Shown piece by piece: positions 18,310 to 27,949 of a stretch of DNA of 64,000 nucleotides (position 1 is the first letter of the stretch; the number at the start of each line of letters is the position of its first letter). The stretch is from Bdellovibrionales bacterium. Its GTDB lineage: Bacteria > Bdellovibrionota > Bdellovibrionia > Bdellovibrionales > JAUICD01. The notes under the pieces were generated by a model. It saw only the letters and a list, made by a program, of their open reading frames with translations, made no database searches and was not told the origin of the DNA. Made by a program: the position numbers and the translations under genes. The stretch spans positions 235,088 to 299,087 of the forward strand of contig CBDANC010000014.1 of assembly GCA_965197425.1 (NCBI GenBank), given 5' to 3'.

Positions 18310-20733
18310 CTATCTTAATTTTGCCGAGAATTTAAGTCCCACTGCATTAACAACTCTGTCTTGAATAGAATTTATATCCGCATCTTTAAGACTTTTTTTG
18401 CTACTCTGATAAACACATCTTATACCCAATGCCACTTTGCCAGCTTCCATACCACCAGGATAAATATCAAATGGGTACACCTTAATTAAAACAGGCCCTG
18501 CTTGTTTTTTTATTGTTTTAATTAAATCTGATATTTTTATATCCTGACTTACAATCAAAGAAATATCCCTTTCTATTCTTGGATACTTTGAAAAAGGTTT
18601 AATGGTATGTTTTTTAGGTAGTTTTTCAAAAAGTTTATCTAAAGAAATTTCACCTACAACACACTCTAAGAGTTCAAACTCACTTTTAATCTTTGGATGC
18701 ACTTCTCCCAAATACCCAGCAGACTTATTTCCTAAAACTAACCTACCACCCCTTACACCATTGATATAATCAGGCACTCCATCTTGCCATTCGAAAGATA
18801 CAAAAAAACTTTTTAATATATTTTCCAGATCACTTTTTACATCTAAAATTAACGGTGTTTTGTTATCAGTCAAAAGCGACCTCTTGCTACCCCACGCCAC
18901 TATACCTAATCGAAACTCTTCTCTATATTTAAATTCTTCTTCACAAACTTTCTCTGATTTATAAAACACAGGACCTACCTCAAACAACCTTCCAAAAGAT
19001 TCTCCATGCCTTGCGTTATGAGACATTGTCTTTATCAAACCTGACACAAGCCCTCTTCTCATGACATCTAAATCTTGGCTTAAGGGATTAATTAACTTAA
19101 CAGCTTCATTGGTAGTGCTAAGACCACACTCCAAAATACTATCCACCTTACCCAACAATTTGGACTCCAAACAACCATCAGTAAAAGCATAATTTATTAT
19201 CTGATTATATCCTTGAGATTTAACCAAGGTCTTTAATTTTTTGCTCAACGTATAAAAAGGAGCATGTTTTCTCAAGCTGTTAGATATAAAAGGTTTTTTA
19301 GAGGGTATCTTCGAAAATCCATCCAACCTAACATATTCTTCAATAAGATCTTCTTTTAACAAAAGATCCGATCTATGTATTGACGGAATAACCTCTAAAC
19401 TCCCCCCCACTTTTCCACCACTACCACTTACCTTACAACCTATTAGACCAAAATATTTTTTCATACTATCTATATCAACCAAATAACCAAGCCTTGAAGA
19501 GACTTGCTCTTTTGATATCGATATAGCCTTAGTCTGTTCTTTTGGACTAGGATAGTTATCAATATAACAAGTGGCTACACCACCTGTAATATCACAAATA
19601 AGTTTTGCAGCTCTTTTTATTGCAAGCTCTGGCATAAAAGCTTCCACACCCTTTGAAAATCTATATGAAGAGTCTGTCTCTATACCAATTCTCCTAGATG
19701 TTTTTCTCACCGGCTCTTTTAAAAAACAAGCAGCCTCAATAAATATGTCCTTAGTATCCTCTGTAACCTTAGAGCTTTCTCCCCCTATGATACCAGCAAG
19801 AGCAATAACCCCAGACTCATCTCTAATAGTAAGATCACCGGAGGTTAATTTAATCTGACTGCCATCTAGAGCTTGGAATTTGTCATTCGAGCAAGCCTCC
19901 TTAACAGTTATTTTTTTATTTATGTTGTTTACATCAAATGCATGTAAAGGCTGCCCTAGTTCCAACATAATAAAATTAGTTATGTCCACAACATTATTAA
20001 CTGCATTGATATTAACAGCCTTTAAATAATTTTTTATATGATGGGGACTTTCTTTTATTTCCACCCCTTTTACCAACAGGCCAATATACCTAGGACATAA
20101 ATCAGATCTTATATCAACATGAATAGAGCTTTTTTTTAAATCAAGTATATCTACAGCCTCAGGATCTTTTATAGGAAGCTTTAAGATAGAAGCAATTTCT
20201 CTAGCAAGCCCAAAGTGGTTTAAAGCATCTGGTCTATTTGAACCTATGCTAACATCTAAAATAGAATCCTTTTTGTAATAGTCATCAAACAGCGTTCCAT
20301 CACATGGGGCATTTTTTTCTAACACCATAATACCATCAGCTTCATCTGATATACTTAGCTCTGATTCAGAACAGATCATTCCACAAGACTCCACACCTCT
20401 TATTTTAGATTTCTTTATCTTTACACCACAAGGAAGTCTTGCTCCGGGAAGAGCAACTACCACTCTATCATTTTTTTTAAAATTTTTACCTCCACAAACT
20501 ATTTGATGTGTAACATCACTCCCTACACTAACCTGACATAATAAAAGTTTGTCAGCATTTGGATGACTGATTACATCCAGCACAGTTCCTAGTACAACTT
20601 TATCTAAAGGAATATCTTTTTCTAGAGACTCTACTTCAAAACCACATCTTGTAAGTCTGTCTGATAGTTGAGGAACACTCACAACACTTTTAAAGTCTAC
20701 ATATTCGCTAAGCCAGTTAGTAGAAAATCTCAT
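18310..20733 (-). CDS. pheT: phenylalanine--tRNA ligase beta subunit
   Basis: 807 aa. MRFSTNWLSEYV start, tRNA-binding domain, B3/4 and B5 regions; 4-nt overlap with pheS. Confidence 0.96.
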   Translation of the reverse strand: MRFSTNWLSEYVDFKSVVSVPQLSDRLTRCGFEVESLEKDIPLDKVVLGTVLDVISHPNADKLLLCQVSVGSDVTHQIVCGGKNFKKNDRVVVALPGARLPCGVKIKKSKIRGVESCGMICSESELSISDEADGIMVLEKNAPCDGTLFDDYYKKDSILDVSIGSNRPDALNHFGLAREIASILKLPIKDPEAVDILDLKKSSIHVDIRSDLCPRYIGLLVKGVEIKESPHHIKNYLKAVNINAVNNVVDITNFIMLELGQPLHAFDVNNINKKITVKEACSNDKFQALDGSQIKLTSGDLTIRDESGVIALAGIIGGESSKVTEDTKDIFIEAACFLKEPVRKTSRRIGIETDSSYRFSKGVEAFMPELAIKRAAKLICDITGGVATCYIDNYPSPKEQTKAISISKEQVSSRLGYLVDIDSMKKYFGLIGCKVSGSGGKVGGSLEVIPSIHRSDLLLKEDLIEEYVRLDGFSKIPSKKPFISNSLRKHAPFYTLSKKLKTLVKSQGYNQIINYAFTDGCLESKLLGKVDSILECGLSTTNEAVKLINPLSQDLDVMRRGLVSGLIKTMSHNARHGESFGRLFEVGPVFYKSEKVCEEEFKYREEFRLGIVAWGSKRSLLTDNKTPLILDVKSDLENILKSFFVSFEWQDGVPDYINGVRGGRLVLGNKSAGYLGEVHPKIKSEFELLECVVGEISLDKLFEKLPKKHTIKPFSKYPRIERDISLIVSQDIKISDLIKTIKKQAGPVLIKVYPFDIYPGGMEAGKVALGIRCVYQSSKKSLKDADINSIQDRVVNAVGLKFSAKLR

Positions 20734-21746
20734 AGTTGCCTCAAGAATCTAAGATCATTTTCAAAAAACAATCTGATGTCCTCTATTTTATATTTTATTA
20801 TAGCCATACGCTCTATACCCATACCAAAAGCAAAACCCTGCCATTTTTCAGGATCAATTCCTGAAATTTTAAGTACATTTGGATGAACCAAACCACAACC
20901 AGCAATTTCCATCCATCCTGTGTGCGCACACATACTACAGCCTTTTTTGTTGCAGAGTATACATGTACAATCAACCTCAGCAGATGGCTCTGTAAATGGG
21001 AAAAAACTTGGTCTAAACCTAATCTCTACATCACCAAAAAATTCTTTTGCAAAAAAATCCAAGGAACCTTTTAGATCTGCCATGGAAACATTTTTATCTA
21101 TCAATAGCCCCTCTACTTGGTGAAACATAGGGCTGTGGGATATATCACTATCGCATCTAAACACACTCCCTGGACCTAACACACTAATAGGTAGAGTTTC
21201 TTCTCTCATAGTCCTTACCTGTATAGGACTTGTATGTGGTCTTAGGGAAAAGTTGTGATCTATGTAAAAAGTATCCTGCATGTCTCTGGCAGGATGATCC
21301 TTCGGAATATTTAAAGCTTCGAAGTTATTTTCATCTGAATCAATACACGGGCCAGTTCTTACATAAAATCCAAGCCTTGAAAAAATATCTATAATTTCAT
21401 CCATAATAGTATCTATTGGATGTAGTGAACCCAAAGATGGTGTGATAACTCCAGGTAACCCCAAATCTATTGGTTTCTTTAATTCCTCTAAAAGAGCTAC
21501 ATCTGCTAATTTTTTTTTACATTCTTGATATAGGCTTTCTAGCTTATTTTTAGTTTTATTTAAAACTGACCCTATATGCTTTTTTTGATCGGCATCTGGA
21601 ATACTGCCAATGCTTTTCATCAACAAGGAAAGTTCACCCTTTCTACCCAAAAATTGAACCCTGGCTTGTTCCAACGACGATATGTCTTCTGCCTTTTTGA
21701 AAGTTTGGGAGGCCAAGTTTTCTAAATTGTGTATCTGTTTTTCCAC
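20730..21746 (-). CDS. pheS: phenylalanine--tRNA ligase alpha subunit
   Basis: HPARDMQDTFY, FRCDSDISHSPMFHQVEG, GFAFGMGIERMAIIKY. The start is uncertain. I prefer the GTG at 21746 (VEKQIHNLENL...ARVQFLGRKGELS), which matches usual PheS N-terminal length; the ORF track extends to 21824. Confidence 0.93.
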   Translation of the reverse strand: MEKQIHNLENLASQTFKKAEDISSLEQARVQFLGRKGELSLLMKSIGSIPDADQKKHIGSVLNKTKNKLESLYQECKKKLADVALLEELKKPIDLGLPGVITPSLGSLHPIDTIMDEIIDIFSRLGFYVRTGPCIDSDENNFEALNIPKDHPARDMQDTFYIDHNFSLRPHTSPIQVRTMREETLPISVLGPGSVFRCDSDISHSPMFHQVEGLLIDKNVSMADLKGSLDFFAKEFFGDVEIRFRPSFFPFTEPSAEVDCTCILCNKKGCSMCAHTGWMEIAGCGLVHPNVLKISGIDPEKWQGFAFGMGIERMAIIKYKIEDIRLFFENDLRFLRQL

Positions 21747-21810
21747 GGTGTGAATATAAAATAGTTTTAAATTGTAAGCAAAGGTATTATTGTAAGCCAA
21801 AAAACAATTT

Positions 21811-21831
21811 ATTGCCAGATTCAATCAGTGT
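21811..21831 (+). promoter_or_regulatory. TCAATCAGTG box, copy 2 (trmH-like leader)
   Basis: GCCAGATTCAATCAGTGTTGGAAAGAG, with the box at 21821-21830, 14 nt before the ATG at 21845. Shares the CCAGATTC flank with copy 1. The upstream stem is only imperfect (GGTATTATTGT / ACAATTTATTGCC). Confidence 0.5.
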
Positions 21832-21844
21832 TGGAAAGAGCTTA

Positions 21845-22564
21845 ATGAAATTAATAACTAGTACTAAAAATGAACAATTTAAGCTTCTCAAATCTCTTTT
21901 GACATCAAAAGGTGTGAAGAAAAACAACCTATGTATGGTAATGGGAAGGCAACACCCAAAAAGCAAAATAGAGCTGGAAATTCTTCCAAAGGATTGGTCA
22001 GATGCTTCCAAATCTACAAATCAAATTTTTCTTACTAAAGAGCTATTTAATAAGCTAGACATTCTAGGGACACATCATCCAATTTCAGTTATAAAAACTC
22101 CAAAATTACCCAAATGGAACGAACAAGATAAGTTGGAAGGGAAAGAAGTATTAATTCCACTTAAAGATCCTACAAACTTAGGCAGCGTCATACGGTCATG
22201 TGTAGCATTCGACATGGATAAAATCATTCTGTTGAATGGAGTAGCAAACCCATTTTTACCCAAAGTTATAAAGACCTCAAACTATGCGGTGCTTAACAAA
22301 AAAATATTTGTAGGCCCAAAAGCAGAAGATATTAAAAGTTACATAGCTCTTAACTCAAACAAAGGCATAGACATAAAAAGCTTTAAATGGCCTAAAAAGG
22401 GAAGACTTATGATAGGAGAAGAAAGAGGCCTTGTCGTAAACAAACTTGCCTTGGATAAATCTGATCAAGTCAAACATGTTAATATACCAATGGCTAAAGG
22501 CTTTGATTCATTAAACTCTTCTGTGGCTGCTAGTATTGCAATGTATAGCTGGAAAAATTCGTAG
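21845..22564 (+). CDS. SpoU/TrmH-family RNA 2'-O-methyltransferase
   Basis: DPTNLGSVIRSCVAFDMDKIILL, IGEERGLV, VNIPMAKGFDSLNSSVAASIAMYSW. ATG at 21845, in frame with the ORF-track start. Confidence 0.78.
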   Translation: MKLITSTKNEQFKLLKSLLTSKGVKKNNLCMVMGRQHPKSKIELEILPKDWSDASKSTNQIFLTKELFNKLDILGTHHPISVIKTPKLPKWNEQDKLEGKEVLIPLKDPTNLGSVIRSCVAFDMDKIILLNGVANPFLPKVIKTSNYAVLNKKIFVGPKAEDIKSYIALNSNKGIDIKSFKWPKKGRLMIGEERGLVVNKLALDKSDQVKHVNIPMAKGFDSLNSSVAASIAMYSWKNS

Positions 22565-22587
22565 TTTTAGAATTACAAAAGAAAGAC

Positions 22588-23310
22588 TTATTGCCTGTTT
22601 TGTCTCTTTTTTTCTGCTTTATATCTTTTAGCCGCTGCTTTAGATCTACTTTTTACTTTTCTTCTTTTGTTTTTCAATGCCGTTTTGCTGGCTGAGGCTT
22701 TACGCAGAGCTTTTTCGGTTTGTTGTCTTTGCTTGTGTGCTTTAATTTCCCAATCAGTAGCATCTTTTTCAGATTTTTTTACCTTTTGCCTTAAAGCACT
22801 TACTTCTCTTTTAGATTTTGCAATATCTTGTTTTCTGTTTTTTATGTCTTTTTTATAATTAGCTATTTGTTTTTCTACAGATCGTTTATCTTTCTCCAAT
22901 TCACTCTTAGTATTCAAAGAAGCTTTAAGGGCATCTTCCGCACTCTGCAACTGTTCCTTGTGATTCTTTTCTTTAAGCTCTAAAGCACTAATAATCTCTT
23001 CTAATCTTGTGATCTCTTTATTTGCTTTGAAAGTTTTGTCCTTAGCAATATTATATTTTTTCTTTACTCTATTTATGACTGCTTTAGTTCTTCTTTCTAC
23101 AGATTCTCTTTTCTTCTTTGTATTGCTAAGTTTTATTTGAGTTTGTCTCTCTTCTCTATCTGCTTCACGAGCCTCTTCTTCTGCTAACCTAGCTTCTTCC
23201 TCCAATTCATCCACATCCACTTCTTCAAATTCCAGGTGAATATCATCTTCAATCTGAGCATAGGAATAACCAGGGGCAACCATTAATAGTGTAATAAATA
23301 AACACTTCAT
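22588..23310 (-). CDS. secreted, highly charged coiled-coil protein
   Basis: Signal peptide MKCLFITLLMVAPGYSYAQ, then about 220 aa of K/E/R-rich heptad-like sequence. Confidence 0.7.
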   Translation of the reverse strand: MKCLFITLLMVAPGYSYAQIEDDIHLEFEEVDVDELEEEARLAEEEAREADREERQTQIKLSNTKKKRESVERRTKAVINRVKKKYNIAKDKTFKANKEITRLEEIISALELKEKNHKEQLQSAEDALKASLNTKSELEKDKRSVEKQIANYKKDIKNRKQDIAKSKREVSALRQKVKKSEKDATDWEIKAHKQRQQTEKALRKASASKTALKNKRRKVKSRSKAAAKRYKAEKKRQNRQ

Positions 23311-23426
23311 CTTAAGTCTAGGTTCGGAATTTAATAGACAAAGCTTAAGTTTATCAGAGCCTAATGTGCCTAATTTCTAAATTACAACTAGACTTTGATA
23401 CTAAAAGGATGCTTAAACAGTGGGGC

Positions 23427-24089
23427 ATGTTTAATGTAGCTCAAAGCTGGAAGCCCATTTTACAAAGTGAGTTTGAAAAATCCTACTGGCAAACCTTAAC
23501 TGGGTTTTTAGAAAAAGAGTATTTGAATAATACAATATTTCCGCCAAAACCACAGGTATTTAGATCGATGGGCTTAGCTCCTTTTAACAGCATAAAGGTA
23601 GTTATAATAGGCCAAGACCCATATCATGGAGAAGGCCAGGCCAATGGCCTTTGTTTTTCTGTGAACAAAAAAGTAACCCTTCCTCCTTCTCTAAAAAATA
23701 TTTTTAAGGAACTACAAGATGACTTGGGAATTTTGAACACCTCAGGAGATTTATCTAATTGGGCCAGTCAGGGGGTTTTGCTCTTAAATTCAACCTTAAC
23801 CGTTAAAAAGGGATTGGCTGGGTCACACCAACTGAAAGGATGGGAGCAGTTTACAGACCATATAATAAAGAAAGTAAGCAGTAAGCTTAATAATATTGTG
23901 TTTATTCTATGGGGTTCTTATGCAATTAAAAAAGGAGAAGTAATAGATAAAACCAAGCACTTTTGTTTAAGTTCAGCACATCCCTCTCCATTTTCTGCAA
24001 ATAGAGGTTTTTTTGGTTCAAAACCATTTTCTAAAACCAACATATACCTAAGGAAGCACAATTTAAATATGATAGATTGGAGTACCTAA
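23427..24089 (+). CDS. ung: uracil-DNA glycosylase
   Basis: KVVIIGQDPYHGEGQANGLCFSV, GVLLLNSTLTV, SSAHPSPFSA. The ATG at 23427 (MFNVAQSW) fits Ung N-terminal length. Confidence 0.93.
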   Translation: MFNVAQSWKPILQSEFEKSYWQTLTGFLEKEYLNNTIFPPKPQVFRSMGLAPFNSIKVVIIGQDPYHGEGQANGLCFSVNKKVTLPPSLKNIFKELQDDLGILNTSGDLSNWASQGVLLLNSTLTVKKGLAGSHQLKGWEQFTDHIIKKVSSKLNNIVFILWGSYAIKKGEVIDKTKHFCLSSAHPSPFSANRGFFGSKPFSKTNIYLRKHNLNMIDWST

Positions 24090-24124
24090 AGAAACACTAC
24101 ATAACTACCGACTACGTTTACGCT

Positions 24125-25591
24125 ATGTTCTCTTATAAGAATGCCTGTTTATTTGCTATAATTGTATTGCTTACAGCACAAACTTCATGGACACAAGATA
24201 ATGATAATGCAGATATTCAAAACGACGGGCTGAATCCAGAATCAAGGGCATGTAGAGCTTCTTACGAAACCTACAGTCGTGCAAGAGAAGCCAGAAATAG
24301 AGCCTGCCCTTCAGAAAACCTAACTAGTTGTGAACAAAAGATATCGGAATGCACAGAAATGCTAGAAAATATTTTTCCAGCAACAACTTCAGGAAGAATT
24401 AATACTAATCAAGTTGAAAGTTTTGAAGAGGCTTGTCCTGGAGTTCTGGGTTCATTCAGTGGACGTAGAGGTGGAATAAAACAAAGAATGGATAGGCTAC
24501 TTCAAGAACGAAAAGAAAACATCGACAATGCAAAAAAAGATTATGACAAAGTTAAGCAAAGAAGAGAAGCAAAAATTAAAAAGCTAGAAGAAAAGCTAGA
24601 CAAATTGACAAACGGCACACCAACCGAAGGTGACAAAGAAAAATCACTGAGTGAAATGTCAATAGGTGAGCTAGATGCAAAAGCCTCAGAATTAACTAAC
24701 AGTAATAGAGAGATGGAGCAAAAAACAGTGGAATATATGGAGGCTCTTAATGGAGAAAACGGAATACTAAAAAAATTAAACGACGCAAGGAAAAACATAG
24801 CTACTGCTAGAAGAGCTTATAGAGACGTTGAGCAAAGACTAGTTATACAATGTGACGAGACAGTAGAAGGGGAATTAGCTACATTTGATAGACGATTTAG
24901 AGCCAGAAGATCAAATCAAAGCAGAAGGGCAATAAGGGCGAGAGAAAAGCGTAAATTATATGCCAGATGCATGGCACGAAAAGCAAACACAATTGCACTA
25001 TCAAATGCAAGAGAAGATTATACACAAACACTAAATACTCTCCAACAAGAGATAAATAGGCTACAAACTTCGCTTCAAGACAGAGAACAACAATATCAAA
25101 TGGAATTACAAGAGGTCGAACAAAATAAACGAAGAAGGCTTCTAGAAATACAGCAAGAAAAACAAAGAAGAATTTCAGAGTTATCTAACATAACAAAGGA
25201 ACTTGCAGAGGTTAAGTCTCCAAGTAGAGAAGAAGAGAGATTAGGCAGAGAACTAGAAGAAGCATCTGAAGCGTTAGATGAACAAACAACCACCATTGAA
25301 AACTTAGAATTACGCCTAGGAGGTGTAATCTCTAATGAAGATCCTAATACCGAGCTACTAGCAGACATCTACACAGATCAAAAGTTTGAATCTGCAAAAC
25401 AAATTGCTCTGGATGAATGTTGTATTCCAAATTCCAGTAATGGTGAACCAACAATATCATATATAAAATCGCAGAGTATTAGTGGTGTATCGGGAGCAAG
25501 TAATTTCTGCAGAACAACAACTACACCAAATCCTGATGCAGGAAATGGAGGATCTCCTCCTCCCTCCGAAACAGAGGCAGTGCCAAACTGA
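24125..25591 (+). CDS. secreted coiled-coil protein with Cys-containing termini
   Basis: Signal peptide MFSYKNACLFAIIVLLTAQTSWTQ (ATG at 24125, in frame with the track ORF), a long E/K/R/Q-rich central region, and a Pro/Gly-rich tail. Confidence 0.7.
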   Translation: MFSYKNACLFAIIVLLTAQTSWTQDNDNADIQNDGLNPESRACRASYETYSRAREARNRACPSENLTSCEQKISECTEMLENIFPATTSGRINTNQVESFEEACPGVLGSFSGRRGGIKQRMDRLLQERKENIDNAKKDYDKVKQRREAKIKKLEEKLDKLTNGTPTEGDKEKSLSEMSIGELDAKASELTNSNREMEQKTVEYMEALNGENGILKKLNDARKNIATARRAYRDVEQRLVIQCDETVEGELATFDRRFRARRSNQSRRAIRAREKRKLYARCMARKANTIALSNAREDYTQTLNTLQQEINRLQTSLQDREQQYQMELQEVEQNKRRRLLEIQQEKQRRISELSNITKELAEVKSPSREEERLGRELEEASEALDEQTTTIENLELRLGGVISNEDPNTELLADIYTDQKFESAKQIALDECCIPNSSNGEPTISYIKSQSISGVSGASNFCRTTTTPNPDAGNGGSPPPSETEAVPN

Positions 25592-25671
25592 TAAAACAAA
25601 TATTTTTACAGGACATTTCTACTGGATAGCAGATGTGTCAAAACGTAATTCATCCATCAAAAATAGAACAA

Positions 25672-25702
25672 GTCCCATTGTTTGCTGGGACTCAATCAGT
25701 GC
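25672..25702 (+). promoter_or_regulatory. hairpin + TCAATCAGTG box, copy 4
   Basis: GTCCCA (25672-25677) ttgtttgc TGGGAC (25686-25691), followed immediately by TCAATCAGTG at 25692-25701. Lies inside a 240-bp spacer. Confidence 0.55.
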
Positions 25703-25831
25703 TGAGGAAGACCTTGAGAAACTTAGATCAGCATCGTGTTCCAGAGCTGGGCAACCATCAATTATCGAATATCCCTGATTGCCCGACTGCCTGCTCAGAT
25801 ACTAAATCTATACTTTAGTTCAGTAAAATAA

Positions 25832-26728
25832 ATGACACCTTATAGGTTACAATCTTACTCTATGAAGTCTTTTGTGCTGCTGATATTGATCTTGTTCCAA
25901 ACAACAAATGCCATAGGCTCTATGGGAAATCACAAGATAGAATCCTCTCTAATATTTGATCTACCCATAGAGTACAACCCACATGTTCAAAAGTGGATAA
26001 ACTACTTTCAAAATTCCGGTAGAAAGCATTTTTCCAAATGGCTTGAACGACATAAAAGTGTAGTACCTAGAATACAAGACATCTTAGAAACACATGGTCT
26101 TCCAAGAGATCTGGTTTACATGGCCATGATTGAAAGTGGTTTTTCACCCTATGCCAAATCACATAAAGATGCTGTAGGTCCGTGGCAATTTATAAAACCC
26201 ACCGCAGAACGCTTTGGTTTAAAAGTAAACTCATGGATTGATGAAAGAAAGGATATTGATAAAAGCACAATAGCTGCTACCAGATACCTAAAATATCTCT
26301 ATGGAATGTTTGGCTCTTGGTACCTAGTAGCTGCTGCATATAATACAGGAGAAAATAGAGTACATAGAGCAATAATAAAGCACAAAACCAAAAACTTTTG
26401 GGAACTTATCAAAAATAACGCCCTTCACAGCGAAACAACAAATTATGTTCCAAAACTAATAGCAGCCATGTTAATTGCAAAAGCCCCAGGGCTCTATGGC
26501 TTTAGACAAATAAACTACAAAAATCCAACCCTGTTTGCATATTTTAGCTTCCCAGGTGGAACAAATATCAAAAGCTTAAGTAAATACCTAAATGTAAACT
26601 CAGAGGTTATAACAGGTCTAAACCCTGAACTAAACTTAACTACAATCCCAAGCTTTGTTAGATCACATAAAATCAAGATACCCCTACACTCAATGAACAG
26701 AGCACAGGAGTATATCAAAACTCTATAA
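25832..26728 (+). CDS. lytic transglycosylase (SLT domain, MltD-like)
   Basis: MIESGFSPYAKSHKDAVGPWQF, AAYNTGENRV. The start is ambiguous: 25832, or 25862 (MKSFVLLILILF signal peptide). Confidence 0.8.
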   Translation: MTPYRLQSYSMKSFVLLILILFQTTNAIGSMGNHKIESSLIFDLPIEYNPHVQKWINYFQNSGRKHFSKWLERHKSVVPRIQDILETHGLPRDLVYMAMIESGFSPYAKSHKDAVGPWQFIKPTAERFGLKVNSWIDERKDIDKSTIAATRYLKYLYGMFGSWYLVAAAYNTGENRVHRAIIKHKTKNFWELIKNNALHSETTNYVPKLIAAMLIAKAPGLYGFRQINYKNPTLFAYFSFPGGTNIKSLSKYLNVNSEVITGLNPELNLTTIPSFVRSHKIKIPLHSMNRAQEYIKTL

Positions 26729-27703
26729 ACAATTTTTTAACCAAGAAAGGAAGTTTAATCTTCTTTTGGATATGTCAAAGTGTCCGCCTTCAAATTCCTC
26801 ATAGTGTAATTTAAAATTGTGTTCTTTTAAAATTTGCCAAATACGGTATGTACCAAACCCAAGGGAAAATTCATCAGACTTACCACACTCTAAAAAAACT
26901 GACTTTAATGTCTTTAAATTTTCTTTTCTTTTTTCTAAAAAAACTACTGGATCATGCTCTTTCCACTTATCCCAAATTTCTTTCTTTAAAATTCCTGTAT
27001 TGAGATCAACTGGAAGCTCTATTTTAGTCTTTGGACAATAACAAGCAGACATTGCCACAGTTTCTATTGCAGACATATCCTTTACTTCACCCCTTTGTAT
27101 AAGGTTGAGGGTTTCATCCAATCCAGTTTTTTTGATAAAAGCACAAGCTTTATAGATTGAGGGCAAATAACAGGTCTCAAAAAAAGAGTCCGGTGCTATA
27201 GCTCCCACATGTTTAAAAATAGAATGTTTGCTTGCAAGCTGTAAAGCCCCATAGCCTCCACTTGATCCTCCAAAAATTGCCCACAAATTATGGTCATCAC
27301 AAAATTCTGAGGATATTATGGGGGATAGCTCTTCTACTATATGATCTTCATATCTACCCACAATAGGACTATTTAAAAATTGACTTCCTCCTAAAGAAGA
27401 CGAAGCATCCACAAAAACATAGACCGCTTGTGGAATGTTTTCAAAGTTACTGTCTATCATTTGAGGAAAATTATCTTCGTTCATCCATTTAATATTAAAG
27501 TAACCAGGACCTGTGGATGAAAATCCTGATAGAATAAAAACCACAGGACATTTATCCTTTTTGTTCTTCGGAACAAGTAAGATATGTCTTTTTGTAGAAG
27601 GGTCATTTAAATGATTATCTACCAACACCTTACTTTCTAGCTCAAGGGTCTGTATTTCAAAATGTCCCAAATCAATATAATTAAAGCCTTTTGTAATTTT
27701 CAT
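26723..27703 (-). CDS. putative esterase (alpha/beta hydrolase, enterochelin-esterase-like family)
   Basis: FGGSSGGYGAL nucleophile-elbow-like motif. I prefer the ATG at 27703 (MKITKGFNY), preceded by AAGAGG. Confidence 0.6.
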   Translation of the reverse strand: MKITKGFNYIDLGHFEIQTLELESKVLVDNHLNDPSTKRHILLVPKNKKDKCPVVFILSGFSSTGPGYFNIKWMNEDNFPQMIDSNFENIPQAVYVFVDASSSLGGSQFLNSPIVGRYEDHIVEELSPIISSEFCDDHNLWAIFGGSSGGYGALQLASKHSIFKHVGAIAPDSFFETCYLPSIYKACAFIKKTGLDETLNLIQRGEVKDMSAIETVAMSACYCPKTKIELPVDLNTGILKKEIWDKWKEHDPVVFLEKRKENLKTLKSVFLECGKSDEFSLGFGTYRIWQILKEHNFKLHYEEFEGGHFDISKRRLNFLSWLKNCL

Positions 27704-27896
27704 ATTTTTACCTCTTAATTTTGCCGTCAACACTATGAAAGATATAATGATATCACAAATTTTGGTTGATGTATGGTACCTTAGGCTTTATGAAACTGTA
27801 TGCAGTTGAAGTAACTGTGCCGGAACGTAGGACCACTGAAAAAACGAACAAGTCCGTTTATTTCATTGGCCTCTCAGTGTTGTTGAACGTAATTCG

Positions 27897-27944
27897 CCTG
27901 ACAAAAAAGCAACAAGTCACTTTTTGGTCAGGCTCAATCAGTGT
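27897..27944 (+). promoter_or_regulatory. hairpin + TCAATCAGTG box, copy 3 (speA leader)
   Basis: CCTGACAAAAA (27897-27907) pairs with TTTTTGGTCAGG (27921-27932, one bulge). The box lies at 27934-27943 and the ATG at 27950. A degenerate box, CTCTCAGTGT, lies at 27871-27880. Confidence 0.6.
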
Positions 27945-27949
27945 GGGTT

